Positions 51,442 through 64,000 of a DNA stretch of 64,000 nucleotides are shown here, one piece after another. The notes below the pieces were generated by a model, which was not told the DNA's origin, searched no databases, and saw only the letters and a program-made list of their open reading frames with translations. The stretch spans positions 3,661 to 67,660 of the forward strand of contig JAUCBJ010000044.1 in assembly GCA_032718475.1 (NCBI GenBank), written 5' to 3'. This DNA comes from Nemertoderma westbladi. Lineage: Eukaryota; Animalia; Xenacoelomorpha. Numbering within the stretch: the stretch's first letter is position 1; each line of letters opens with the position of its first letter. The translations under genes and the position numbers were made by a program.

Positions 51442-52586
51442 TTAATTTGATCATTTTTGGATGAGACTTTGCATTTTTCATTTTAAAAAAGTTATTTGAT
51501 TCATCAGATATAAAAAAAAAATTATTTAATGTTGCACTCCTGCTAAAATCTAAAAAACGTGGTTTCAACATTAATGAACGTCCAGCTGTGTAGTGGCCTA
51601 CAACACTATACAGCTTATGTCTGGTATAAGGCTACATGATTGTGTACTTTTCCAGTTTTACAACTTTTTCGTCGCCGTTTTACATTCACTATTGCAGCAC
51701 GAGTTGAACAACTAACACCTTCCCGCGATCTTCCTCCAGCCAGACCAAGTTTCCCTATTATCAGTTGGTCTGATAAACAGCCCCATTGATGATTATGCCG
51801 CGAGTACTCGCGGCATAGCGTATGTAAACCAACACACTTACTCTTTGGGCAAAGCGAACACAATCGTGAATGCAATGACTCGTTTCTGTTCGAAACCCCT
51901 GCGCTTCCTCTTGCTTACTTTAGGCATATTGTTGTTGTAGCATGTAGGCCTACAAAATACCTAACTACTATACCAGTATGTTATGTTAGGGCACTAACTC
52001 GTTTTAAATTTCCCTCCAAAATAGTAGTAATAATAAACTGCCTAGCCCCTCCCAATACCGGAAAAATTAATCGTAAAATAATATTTTTGGAATAATTTGT
52101 AAATAAATTTCAATAAAGTCTATATTTTGCAAAATTTTTAATGGAAATGGCAATGGTCCAACCCATATATAATGTATGAAACCTATTTTGGCATATTTTT
52201 GGCGTTCCAAGCATTTGTAGCCCCCTTACAGAACTTTGTTTTATAGAAATTGATAACTTTTTTACTCATAAAGATACAATCAAACGGATTTGATATTCGA
52301 AATCGCCTTAAAAAAATGGTGTAAATTGAGTAGTATACACTGATCTTTTCTATCTTTTCTGATCGGTTCTACTTTCACTTTGGTTTTTCCTTAGTTTAGC
52401 CATACAGTTTAATTATCTGCAGTTGAGTGTGACCCTCCAGTTCAGATTATACTTTACTGGTATGTCGTGACTGCCGGATTATATCACCACACATTCATTA
52501 TCAGTCATAAATAGAATAATAAAATAGTTATGCGATTCTCCCCCCTTAAAATGATTTTAACATCCATAGATTGTATAAATTATTAA

Positions 52587-53181
52587 GGGGGGGGGGGGGG
52601 GGGGTAGCACCCTCCTATTTTGCAAATTGACAATTGACAAATCTAAAATAGCGGGAAGGTTTGAATTGTTCCTTAAACTTTAAACACCCATATCTCAGAA
52701 TGACGTTTTTTCTTGAGAAAGGCTATTTCTCCGCCAGTTTTAAATGAAATGAGTTGAAATTTGGTACACTTGTTAAGATTACCCTTCTCCATACTTCTGA
52801 ATAAATTTGGTTGGAAATGCCATGGAGCCTTTTTATATCAAAAAGGCCCAAAAAAAGCCGTTTTCTGGGGCCTTTTTCTTCTAAAAAGGCTCCAGAGCAT
52901 TTGTGGCAAAACTTGTTAAGAAGAATTGGATGCAGGGTTCTTCTGAACCTATATTCCAAATTTCGACTAAATTCAAGAAATATTGGTGGAGAAATAGCCC
53001 TTGGCGCAAAAAGGCACTTTTGGCCATTACGGAGCCATTTTGGGGCCACTTTTAAAAATATTTGGTTTGGTTATTCTCAAACAGTCCAGACGATGTTTAG
53101 TAGCTCAAAAAATAATTTTCACCCAATTTTATGGTCCAGAGACACAACAATGTGAGGTTCAATTTTGGGGTGCTTCACCAC
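52587..53181. mobile_element. Possible Kolobok-like MITE
   Basis: TTAA|G(n)TAGCACCC on the left and GGGGTGCTTCACCAC|TTCA on the right (imperfect TIR, degenerate TSD). The interior is MITE-like (TTGAAATTTGGTACAC, CCAAATTTCG). Confidence 0.4.
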
Positions 53182-55859
53182 TTCAACCGCGCAGGCTCCT
53201 GCATCATTTCGATTTTTCCGTTCCATTTGCTATAGAGTTGGATCATCCAAAGTCCTTATACTTTTTTCTTTTTACTTTTATATTCTGTTTTGTAAGAAAT
53301 ACAGGAGTTCTGTACAGTAATGCACAGGATCTATTCCTCGATCATTCTCAAGTGCCATCGTTTATTGTAGCCAAGGTAACACTTAGTCTACATGGTAGCA
53401 GAGCTAAATAATCAATGGCTTGAATGGCCCTCTCCAATGCAACAGGCCAGTATGTAATAAATGTATAAATAGTCTAAGATAGAGAGTCCAATAGCAAAAA
53501 AAAACAGGCCTAAAATATAAGGGGAGGTAAGCATGGTCACCTAAACATTAACCATGAATCATTGTTGGCAATGGTTCTTATTCTAATTGTAATATTACAT
53601 TTCAATATGTTGTACATCCATGCCACAGTTGACAACACCACTACGCCTGTCATATCACTTACGGGATCTAGATTAATTAATTATTTAAATATGTATCCTC
53701 ATTAATAATCAATAATTATTGTACTTTGTGAGAGTTTCACCATCACTGTCCATGTGGATAATATACGCCTCACATTCAATATTACATTTCAAGTGAAAGA
53801 AATTATTTAAATTTCTAATATTATTTATTTATGATTTTTTTGACAAATTTAGATTCACAATAAAAATTATCTCCACTAACTATTGTCTGGCCGCCCCCAA
53901 CAATAAGTATAGTTCAATTATATTGCATTTCTATAGTAATAAAAGAAAATTGTTGGCAATGCGACATAGTGCATATCATTCATTCATCATTCATTCCGTA
54001 AATACACAGACAGCTGTCTTATCATTAAACTTGGCAAATAGAATAGAATAGTTCTACCATTTTCTCTTATACTTACTACCCACAAAGAAATAAGCTAAGC
54101 TAATAATTCTTATCAATACTCAAATATCTACCATCTCCCCTCGCCCTCCATCCCTCTATTTCCTTATCGAAATTGCTTTACGTCCCATGGCATAATTAAG
54201 GAGGTGCATCTACAGTTGTTATTCCTATAGCTCTGCTGTTATCTAATCTCATCCGTTATTTACGAGATCAATGAGGCAGGATCTAAGTTCATCTTAGATC
54301 ATGTATACTTATCTGACACCAAATTTCTCACTCCGTGAACAAAACACATTTACCATAAGACCATTGTTAAAATCAGCGCATGAAAATGCACATACCTCAA
54401 ATCTAGATTTAGGACAACTATAATTTATTTTATTTCAAATTTCAAGAAATAATAGAAAAATTTTGCCACTTAGGTTTCAAAATGTTTGTAATCTAACATT
54501 TTGCCATTTCAACAATAGTTTTCACTAATGAAGGAAGAACTACCTGAATATATTTCAGAGAGAGGTTATAGAATGTTGATTTTCAAATCTGTTTTGTCAG
54601 AGATCGTTAAATCCAAGGATCAGTCATATTCATATTGACACACCTAGACCCACGGAATAATATTACAACAATAAATCTCATTTACAAAGATTATATGAAA
54701 AGCTATTGTTTTGAATAAAAACAAACGGAAATCGAATAATATCCCCTATCTACTAATCCTATTAAAATTGATTTGAAAAGAATGCCCTCCCCCCAGAAGG
54801 GTTTATTGACTGTATTTTAATGATGGTCTATATAGTTTATTATTTAGAGATAACCACCCTCCTTGTTAAAATGCATTATATCAATGTGTTTCTTATAATT
54901 TATTCATAACCCTTCAGGTACATTTTAAAATTACAGACTGCAAATCAAAACCTAATGTACCTACAGTCTGTACTTAAATCAAAAACAACTTTGAAGCCTT
55001 TAAAATTATCAATGTCACTGTGTCTGTGTACTATCTGTGTGACGGTATATAGAAGTATTAAAATTATAAGTGAGATTTTGAAACGGGATTACACTTGAAT
55101 AAATAATACTTTATCTAATTATCAACTAAGATTTGGGTACATACATTTTCACGCCCATCTATAATGACTCTGTACTCGCTCGAGTACTGTGATATTGTAA
55201 AACAAGTAAAGTTTTTAGTTATTACATGAAATATAACTTTGTATAGTGAAGTTAACTTCGTACTATATAACACGGTGTTTTTATTATTTAATCATTATAT
55301 GCACGGACCGAATTTAACAAACATAATTCCGTATTAAATTCTTCTTGCATTCGTAATTGCCTTTTCCCGTAGCCATAGAGTGAGTGTCCTTACATGTCGA
55401 TGTATCCAATCGACATTATTATTTATTACGTATATATATATTATATATATTGATAATGTTGCCTTCCCTGATGTTTGGTAATTGTTTCTTACTAAGTCCA
55501 AGGTTACAAACATGAACTGTTTTTCTTACTTGTGCATACTAAACATGCACGTGGGGACTTCGCGCACACGCCAGTCCAGTAGTGGACCAAGTCGTAGTCA
55601 TTCGCTCACAAATGGTCGACAGATCAACTATAGAAATCCGTCTGTGTATAGAATTTCTAAATTTTGTATAATATAATGTTGATCACAAAAATCACTCCTG
55701 TTTATTAAAATGCAACTTTATCTCAACATACCAAAAATACTCGTTTTTGTGCAGAAACTAAAACTGGTAGGACCAATATGGTCTATCTGGGACTTACAAC
55801 CACCCACATGTTTCTAGTCTGCTTCTTAAACTATGTACCAGCTGAAAACAAGCCATTTG

Positions 55860-56720
55860 CAGAGGTGAATTCCTGAAGATAGAATAAATTCGGTTAACAC
55901 TACCGCTATAGACCCAGGGCGATGTAGGCAAGTGATGCAGACTTGCATTAAATGCTTGCTCCTAGGAATGTTAAGAATGCATGCTGATCACAATTTCCAC
56001 CTCCTCTACAGGGGCAACACTAGTTGTAGAGTAGCACACAATCAGAACCACCTTAGGAAACTTCTTAGCCAGTCTTCCAGAACATGAGAAGTGGCAACGG
56101 ATGATGCGGTTAGAGATTTGGGTCTATTTTGTCCAATGCTGCATGTGCAGTTGGATTCATCAATAGACCAATTCCTACATTTCCACTGTCATCTGCTGAG
56201 GCGAGGGCGAGTCGCCAACCGCCCCCCATGTCCTTAATCAGAGCCACACCAGTCTGTCCAGTCTGCATTCGGTGCTCTTGAACACCCACTGCACTAAGAG
56301 AAAGCTTATCTACCAAGGCAGTCAGCTCACCTTGTCGCATTGGGGACCTGAGTGTTAGGGTATAAACAGAAGCTAGTCTAGTAACTTACCTCAGGTTCAC
56401 CAAAGGCTTGGTTGGTCGGGGTACAACATGAAAGTAGCCTCCAACTCCAGCATCCCTCTCCACCTCGCAATCTGGCCTCCCTGGTGACCCAGAGTTTGGA
56501 CTACAAAAGTCACCAGGAAAGGGTCTCACAGGAACTCTGACTCAAGTTTGCGGTATAAGTTTGCGGTAAGTTTGTTGTGTAATTTGAAACAATGATTAAT
56601 TCGAATTTTTCTGGTATGGCAGAAGCAGTATCCTCTTGGGGTCTTCATCTTACCCACCACCCCCTCACCATTTTCCCAATCTAATCCCTACACCAGGGTG
56701 GCTCTAGCTCAGCTACTAGT
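55860..56720 (-). mobile_element. Degraded RTE-like LINE 5' part (APE endonuclease)
   Basis: Minus strand gives AVGVQEHR, GNVGIGLLM, RII, VLIVCYSTT and AFNA (GDFNA-like), with stops and frameshifts. Confidence 0.7.
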
Positions 56721-57377
56721 CCTGGTATCGTGGATCTATACTAATTACATTAATATATTGTAGTATCTATACATTTCAATTTAATAATTATAGATAGACC
56801 TACACAGAAAAACCCATTTTTACTCATGAACAAACTGTTGAAATATATTGTACTCCTCAACTAGTAGTTTTCCAAAATTCCAAGCCAAATTATACCACTC
56901 AAATATCTACCATCTCCTTATCCAGGTAGCAATTGGTTTTTTGTTGACTGTCAATAATTGACAGTTTAACCTTTTTTGACTTGTTTTTATGGTGGCCAAC
57001 AACTCTGCCACCAATTATTTATCCTCCTCTTCTATATAAACAATCATCCTCCCTACTAACTCCTGTCATCTTCTATGGTTGCTATTTACTGACGAAAATA
57101 CCTCCAGGGTAAATTATATTTAACTTAATCGTGATCAATTATTATCAACTGTCTCACGTAAGGAAATGATGTAGGTTATTGAAGGGAATTTTTAATTGGT
57201 AACAGAAGTGGAAGTGCAAAAAACACTCAGCAACTTAAAGGAACACACACATCAAACGAATTCTGGTCCATAACAAATTCCCCTACTCTACCCGATATAA
57301 AACTAACTGATTCTAGCAGGCTTACCATAGACTTTCCAGAGAAACACCCGAGCAGCACTATTATTATTATTATTAAT

Positions 57378-59333
57378 ACTAGAAACGGTAAGGAGCCCTT
57401 TTCACTGAGTTATGAAGACCCTGAAATTTGTACGGATTTTTGTATATGTTCGGTTTTTTATAGCGTCGATTGGATCAACAGTTCGGAGACCTGGAGTATA
57501 ATTATAACCGGACATATTGTCCGGTTCCCCCACCTATTTATTAGTATGTTTGTGTGTGGTTATGTCTGTGGTTCAACTATAGCACTCTAGCCTTCTCGTG
57601 TGTTGAGTTTTACGCTTTTTGGCATGTGGGCACTCATTAGAAAGTTATCAACTCGTGCAAAACTCAACCACTGCGAAATAGTAATAGTCGAATATGACAT
57701 TGAAAAAAGCAATGTTTTCCGAATAGTTATTGTTATCGAATAATATCAATATATACCCTACATTGGTCGTTAAATCGAATGTAACGTGGAAGCTGGCAAA
57801 GAAAGATGGCCGATCACATTGATGGGACCTCGGTAAAAGTTATTTAATTTATTTAATTAATCATCAATTTAATATTCAATTATTATTCAACAGTCGTTCA
57901 ATCTTTAAATTAAATTGAATTTGACTTTTCATTGTCCGCCTCCTCTATTTATCAAAAACAATTTCTGTAATTTTTGCCTTTTTGAAGGGACGCGTTTCGT
58001 CACTACCACTTTCATTATCCAAAATTTGAGACTGATGAACTTCAGTCCGCAAAAGCACTGATCTATTTTGTTTATAAATTATTGTAAAACCAAGGAATGT
58101 AAGAAATTCCGACTACGGTATCTTTATTGCGGGAAATTTTAAATTTGTATAGAATACTATTAGGGCACTCTTACGCGTTCTTTGGTTAACCGCGTCTCAT
58201 GCTGTGCGAAAGTCCCATTTATACATATGTTATAGAAAAGAAATGTTTGATCTGAACTCCAATCACAATATAACTCTGTAACTCATGTATTGCTTTAACT
58301 GTGAACTAAACCATGGTTAGTCAGCATGTAGTAATTATTAGAAGACTGTTAGGACTTCATACTGTAAAAGTTTAATTTAATTTAATTTAATATCGCACAC
58401 GAGCATAAACTCGGTACAGCGTATGTAAATATATAGAGTAACATAACATAATATAAAATATGTATAAAGAAAAAAATATGTGTGTCAAAATAAGTATTCT
58501 CTATCTATATTTATTTTTATGTATATTTTTTTAAATGTATATCAGATGAACTCCTCCGAAGCAATAGCTCGTCTGGTAATAAAAGTTGTATCAATCGACG
58601 CAGCTCAACCTCAAGACGTGGAAATAAGTGTCTTTTTTTATTTCGAAAAAATAGCCCCATAACACGAAAATTGCCATAGACTCAATGATGATGATAGAAC
58701 ACCAGCTGGTGCATTGTGAGGGCCTAGTTATGAAATGCCATTGAAAGGATAGGCCCAAACTGCTGAGAAGTACATTACTTGCTAAGTTTAGTAAGGTTGT
58801 GTTTACTCACTCACTCTATCATAGGCAGTAAGCAAACATCAACTGTTAGTTTGAAAATGTATTCTCCCGTCAGCTGAATAGCTCTTCCAAGTAAATCCTA
58901 TATAGGAATATCTATAAGGTTACTCACAGCTATGTTAGGTGGTACGCCAGCTGAGTAATTTACAAGCACAGGGCCGTCGTCTAATGGGTCAGGCCCGACC
59001 AATAATGCTCCTAAAGCCAAGTCTCTTAGCATTCTTTTGCCACAGCTGTCAATCAATGTCTATATACATTTAATTTCGCGACAAAATAATGTCAAAAACC
59101 GAAATATATCGAATACCACACATAGAATTGATCTGTATTTTTGTGACGCGATTATGAACCACCAAAGCAATGTACTTGCAAAATTTAATGGAAAAAAAAG
59201 CTAGGGGGGAAGTGTACGAAACTGCAATTCCGGTATAAGGATAGATAGAGATAGCGATATACATATATATATCCCTCATCGACAATTTTTTCTGACAGTA
59301 ACTATCCCTGCTCTTTGAGCGGGCTCCTAATAG
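57378..59333 (-). mobile_element. Possible non-autonomous Helentron/Helitron-like element
   Basis: Short subterminal inverted repeat AGGAGCCC (57391) / GGGCTCCT (59321). A hairpin CCTGCTC-TTT-GAGCGGG lies next to one end and CTAG at the other. Confidence 0.35.
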
Positions 59334-59394
59334 AAGGACGGTGTTAATAAGAAATGGTGAAGGATAAGGTGAAGGAATAGAAGGATGGTGTTAA

Positions 59395-60906
59395 CCCTAT
59401 TACCACTGGGGGGGGGGGGGGGGGGGGGCAATCGGCCCATTCCTAGTTTTCAGTTGCTGTAACTATGCAACCACATTACGTACCGGCCCAATTTTTATTG
59501 AGAATTAGCCAAATTTAATGCCGCATCTTTTGCAAAAAATAACGTTGCAATTGGATTTCTACTTTTCGATGTGGGTGCCACCTCAAAATTTGGTCTCCAG
59601 CACCAAATTTTTTTAAATTTTCGAATTTTACAAAGTCATTCGTGATTTAGTAATTATTTATGTTTGGGCTATTTTTATTTATTTTTATAGGTTTGGATCA
59701 CTCTAATGCTCTATACAAGTATGTAAGTGTAGTGGTACGTCATTTTTGGAGCACCAAAATTAGGGCGTGGCACTTTAAAATTTCAAAATTACTTTATTCG
59801 GAAAATTTACTAAAGTTTTGATTTCGAAGCATTTTTATTGGTTTTCTGGAGCGCTGAATCGATTGAAAGTAATATAGAAGCCTGAAGAGTTAGTGGTTCG
59901 CCATTTTTGGTGCACCAAAATTAGGGCGTGGCACTTCAAATTTTGAAAAATACGAGATTTGGAAAATACACTAAAGTTTCGATTTGCAAAACATTTTTAT
60001 AGGTTTTCTGGAGCGCTGAATCGATTGAAAGTAATATAGAAGCCTGAAGACTTAGTGGTTCGCCATTTTTGGTGCACCAAAATTAGGGCGTGGCACTTCA
60101 AATTTTGAAAAATACGAGTTTCGGAAAATACACTAAAGTTTCGATTTCAAGGCATTTTTATAGGTTTTCTGGAGCGCTGAATCGATTGAAAGTAATATAG
60201 AAGCCTCAAATCCTTGGTGTACGTAATTTTCGACAGTTCAAATTTTCAAAATTACTTTATTCGAAAAAAACACTAAAGTTTTGATTTCAAAAAATGGCTA
60301 ACCTCTAAGTCTTCAGGCTTCTATATTACTTTCAATCGATTCAGCGGTATAGAAAACCTATATAAATGCGTTAAAATTTCAATTTTGGTTTATTTTCCGA
60401 ATCTCGTATTTTTCAAAACTTGAAGTGCCACGCCCTACTTTTGGTGCACCAAAAATGGCCTACGACTAAGTCTTCAGGCTTCTATATTACTTTCAATCGA
60501 TTCAGCGGCCCAAAAAACCTATAAAGATGCGTTGAAATAAAAAACTAGGGGCATTTTCTGAAAATCTAATTTTTCAAAATTTGAAGTGCCACGCCCACTT
60601 ATTAGGTGCACGAAAAATAGCATCCACTTCAATTTTTGGAAATGGAATATAATCACATTCGATTCAGCGTCTTAAAAAACCTACTAAATCTAGCCAACAC
60701 TGCCACACTATTAGTTTTTAGAAAACGAAAAATTTTGTAATTTTGTCCTGGGACTACTTTTATTTTTCATCAAATTAGGATTCCCTGCTTATGAAATTTT
60801 AACTTTTTAAGGTTTGGTGGTGTTCATCTTTAGTTGTTTCACCAACAGACCAAATTTTGTAGGATTTTATTGGACGATTACAAAAATATAGTAGGTGGGC
60901 CGAATC

Positions 60907-60937
<31 letters not shown>

Positions 60938-60981
60938 TTGGTGCTAATGGTCAAAACACCCCATGCCCAGTGGGAGTAGGG
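59395..60981. mobile_element. Non-autonomous piggyBac-like element with internal 161-bp direct and inverted repeats
   Basis: TTAA|CCCTATTACCACTGGG ... CCCAGTGGGAGTAGGG|TTAA (14/16 TIR match). CACCAAAATTAGGGCGTGGCAC occurs at about 59753, 59914 and 60075, and inverted at about 60422 and 60583. Confidence 0.82.
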
Positions 60982-61714
60982 TTAACATCACATTATTACT
61001 AATTATATCGGCCAATGTAATTATTTTTTACAATAAACAATGAAAAAAGCATCTGTATAGTAGATTAAATATCGAGAGCTCAAGAAATAATTCCAGTCAA
61101 ATCATTATTGAAAGGGTGAGAGCTAGTGTTGTGAGATAGGGATAGAATAGGGAAGGAGGCAAATTGATTGAGAGAAAGGAGCGTTGAGGGAGACTATAGG
61201 GGGAGGACGTCTGATGTGTTTGATATTTGATAAGATTTAGCTTAGCATTTAATCGATTTCAATTGATCCATCCCCATGTCTACCACGTGTCCCGCATATA
61301 TTACTTGATTGCGCCTTCGGTTCAGGGTATTACTGTAGGGAAATCATTAGGGGCGGTGCAAAAGGGAGAGAAACTAACTATTGAGTAGCGCAGAAAGGAG
61401 AGATACTATTGAGCAGGTTATAGCTCAGGTTAGTTATCATTTTCTCAGAGACGCTTTTCTTCAACTTTTTAATGTGGGTGGTGTATTATTAAAAAACTGC
61501 TTATGAACCTGGAAAAATAAGCATTGGTGCTAAATCAGACCCATCCATTGGATAAGCAGGTAATGGCCCGATTTTATGAAAACTATATATTTATATTAGT
61601 AGATCTTCATTATTAATGATCTTCATTAATTATTACGTATTATTACATAACGTAACATACAGTGTTAAGAAGTATGTAACGTTATGGCACATGTAACAGT
61701 ATGCAACATTTGTA

Positions 61715-62680
61715 TCTACTGTTGACGGTGACACATAAACATTTTAAGTGTTATGGGGAGCCCTCCAGGGAGACACACTTCCGCCATTCTTATTCATAAT
61801 TATTGTTGTTGAATATGTTATACGCATTTCCTTAGATCATCATAATGATGATGGGGTGATGGTAACTCCACGTACTGGCTCCAGAAGTCGAGGAAATCCT
61901 GCCAAATACCTATCTGATCTAGACTTTGCTGATGACTTAGGAGTACTCTCAGAATCACTAAGGGAGCCCAACGGCTCATCACAAAAAGACCAAAATTTTG
62001 ACAGTTATACTTTGAATTTAAAAGTCCTCAGCAAGTCTCTGACTGGATGATCATAAGTTCAAAGGATGGTATGCTTGAGCATATGGACGACTTCTGTTAC
62101 CTGGGATCATGGATCCGGAAGTCAGGTGAGGACTTTCGAATAAGTAGAGAAAGGCAAAGATGGGCTTTCCAGGATTTGGAATTGCAAGTCACATAGAATT
62201 ATTCGGAAATGTAAGGTCTGATTATTTAGAGCAGCAGTAGTTCCAGTACTCCTCTATGGGTCTCCATGCTGGGCTCTAACTGCTGAGGACAACCAAATCT
62301 CTGGATGGCACATTCACAAGAATGCTAAGCCGGGTTCATTGTGTCAAGTACAATACACACTCCAACCAGACACTATATAACATTGGAGGTTTCTCATTGG
62401 TAGAATAATGCTACACTAGAACAAAGCCGGCTCCGCTTTGCAGGACATTGCCATTGCTTTCACCGTGAGGACCAGCCAATGCATTATCTTGTGCTTTGGC
62501 ACCCTCATGGAGTGAATAAGCGTGGTGGACAGCCCATGACTTTCTTGAGACGCATCTTAAAGGACACTGGCCTTGAAGATGCGAATGATCTAGCAAATGT
62601 CACGGGTGATAGGGAGTTGTGGCGGCGCAATTTTGTCAACAAGCCGGCACAGCATTCTTAATATATATGTAATATATATA
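61715..62680 (+). mobile_element. Degraded RTE-like LINE 3' part (RT C-terminal half)
   Basis: GALQGDTLPPFLF, DLDFADDL, DDFCYLGSWI, VLLYGS, RLRFAGHC and LWHP, frameshifted, followed by an AT-rich tail. Confidence 0.8.
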
Positions 62681-62896
62681 TAATGCAGCTATAATGCAGA
62701 ATGCCGATCGTAGTAGTTTGCTTTTTCTCTCTTCATTGGGTAGTTTGGTAGTCTATTATCACAAAAACAAATAAAAAGTTGTGTTTTATATATAGCGTAC
62801 CATCTATTTCTTGTTCCTTGTGGTTATTTTTAGGTTCGCGTAGCGAGACCTCTAGTACTCACTCCTTCCTACTAACGTGATAACCTAACAAGATAA

Positions 62897-62924
62897 GTTG
62901 TTGTTGTTGTTGTTGTTGTTGTTG
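62897..62924. repeat. (TTG)n microsatellite
   Basis: About nine GTT/TTG units, lying just downstream of a small hairpin-like AGGTTCGCGTAGCGAGACCT. Confidence 0.9.
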
Positions 62925-63619
62925 ATTTCTTCTTAGTTTTTGGTATTATGGATTGATATGGCCCTAGTAGTTCATCACAAAAACAGTTGGCCCCGAGGTG
63001 CGTCCTAGGCTAAGCTAAGGTCCGTCCTAGGCAGAGGGCTGTACGTCCCAGGCAGAGACACGTTTGATTGGTTGTTCCAGCTAATTTAGAATTTAGAAAC
63101 TTTCTGGATGCCGAGAATGGATTGTACTATAAATTAATAATAAATTCAGACGTAACTAAGTATTACGTTACAGAAAAAAATTAACGAAAAATTAGTGAAT
63201 GCTCCTTTTTTATATTTTTAATTTGCATTCCTGTTTAAATCAAACAAACATGTACATAAATAATGGGTTGTGTGGTGTATATTATCATACATTATGTGGC
63301 CCTACATCTAAGCATAGCTGCATAGAACTTGCTTCTTTTTATCTTGACGCAGTGGACAGCGGTCTTGTATTGTACATAGCCAACCAGTGTCTCTCTCTCT
63401 CTGTGGGAAGCCAAGCACATACTGTAGACTCCATTATGTGGTTTACTTGTGCTGGTAGTAGGTGCCACCAGGTCAAGGATTGGTTATTGGTTTCCAGCCT
63501 GCAACCCTGCTGTACTCTGTATACATTTGTCTTATCATAGCAGTAGCAAACCCAGCAATGAGTCATCAATGTCTCATAAATACATAAATAAAAGTTAGTT
63601 ATACAAGTTGTGTAAAAAC

Positions 63620-64000
63620 TATACAGAAAAACTGATGAAACACCTACTGTACAAACAACTACTGGTGAGACACCTACTGTACAAATTACTCATAGTGACC
63701 TGTCACCTACTGTACAAACAACTACTGGTGAGACACCTACTGTACAAATTACTCATAGTGACCTGTCACCTACTGTACAAATTACTCATAGTGACCTGTC
63801 ACCTACTGTAAAAACAAACTGATGAAACACCTACTGTACAAACAAACTGATGAAACACCTACTGTACAAACAAACTGATGAAACACCTACTGTACAAACA
63901 AACTGATGAAACACCTACTGTACAAACAAACTGACGAAACACCTACTGTACAAACAAACTGACGAAACACCTACTGTACAAACAAACTGATGAAACACCT
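63620..64000. repeat. 28-bp minisatellite (with longer variants), running off the window
   Basis: Unit AAACACCTACTGTACAAACAAACTGATG. Confidence 0.93.

Noticed and set aside
52723-53411. Overlapping 108-136-aa ORFs
   Set aside because: No domain motifs; they lie in MITE-like sequence.
54090-61250. Inverted similarity between about 54095-54170 and 61120-61250 as the ends of one large element
   Set aside because: Short, diverged match with a third partial copy near 56897 and no TSD; more likely dispersed repeat fragments.
63630-64000. Hammerhead-like CTGATGA/GAAAC in the 28-bp minisatellite
   Set aside because: The two motifs overlap within one unit and no stems I-III can be formed.

Overview
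Repeat-dense eukaryotic (most likely invertebrate animal) genomic DNA with no intact host gene. From left to right: a scrambled patchwork of BEL/Pao retrotransposon pieces in both orientations (1-937); an orphan 660-aa minus-strand ORF next to about 5 kb of non-coding DNA built from duplicated modules that show compensatory base-pair changes (2.9-7.8 kb); a complete single-ORF Ty3/Gypsy (Mag-like) LTR element with 290-bp LTRs but no TSD (7847-12991); a small MITE; a 47-bp satellite (about 6.8 kb); and a 43-bp satellite (24.4-49.2 kb). The 43-bp array is interrupted by a CRE-like retroelement 3' fragment carrying an F-type lectin domain remnant and by two near-identical copies of a 5'-truncated CR1/L2-group LINE. 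The remainder holds non-autonomous TTAA (piggyBac-like, Kolobok-like) and Helentron-like elements, RTE-like LINE relics and minisatellites. All calls come from reading the sequence by eye; no database search or folding program was run, and copy numbers and identities are manual estimates.
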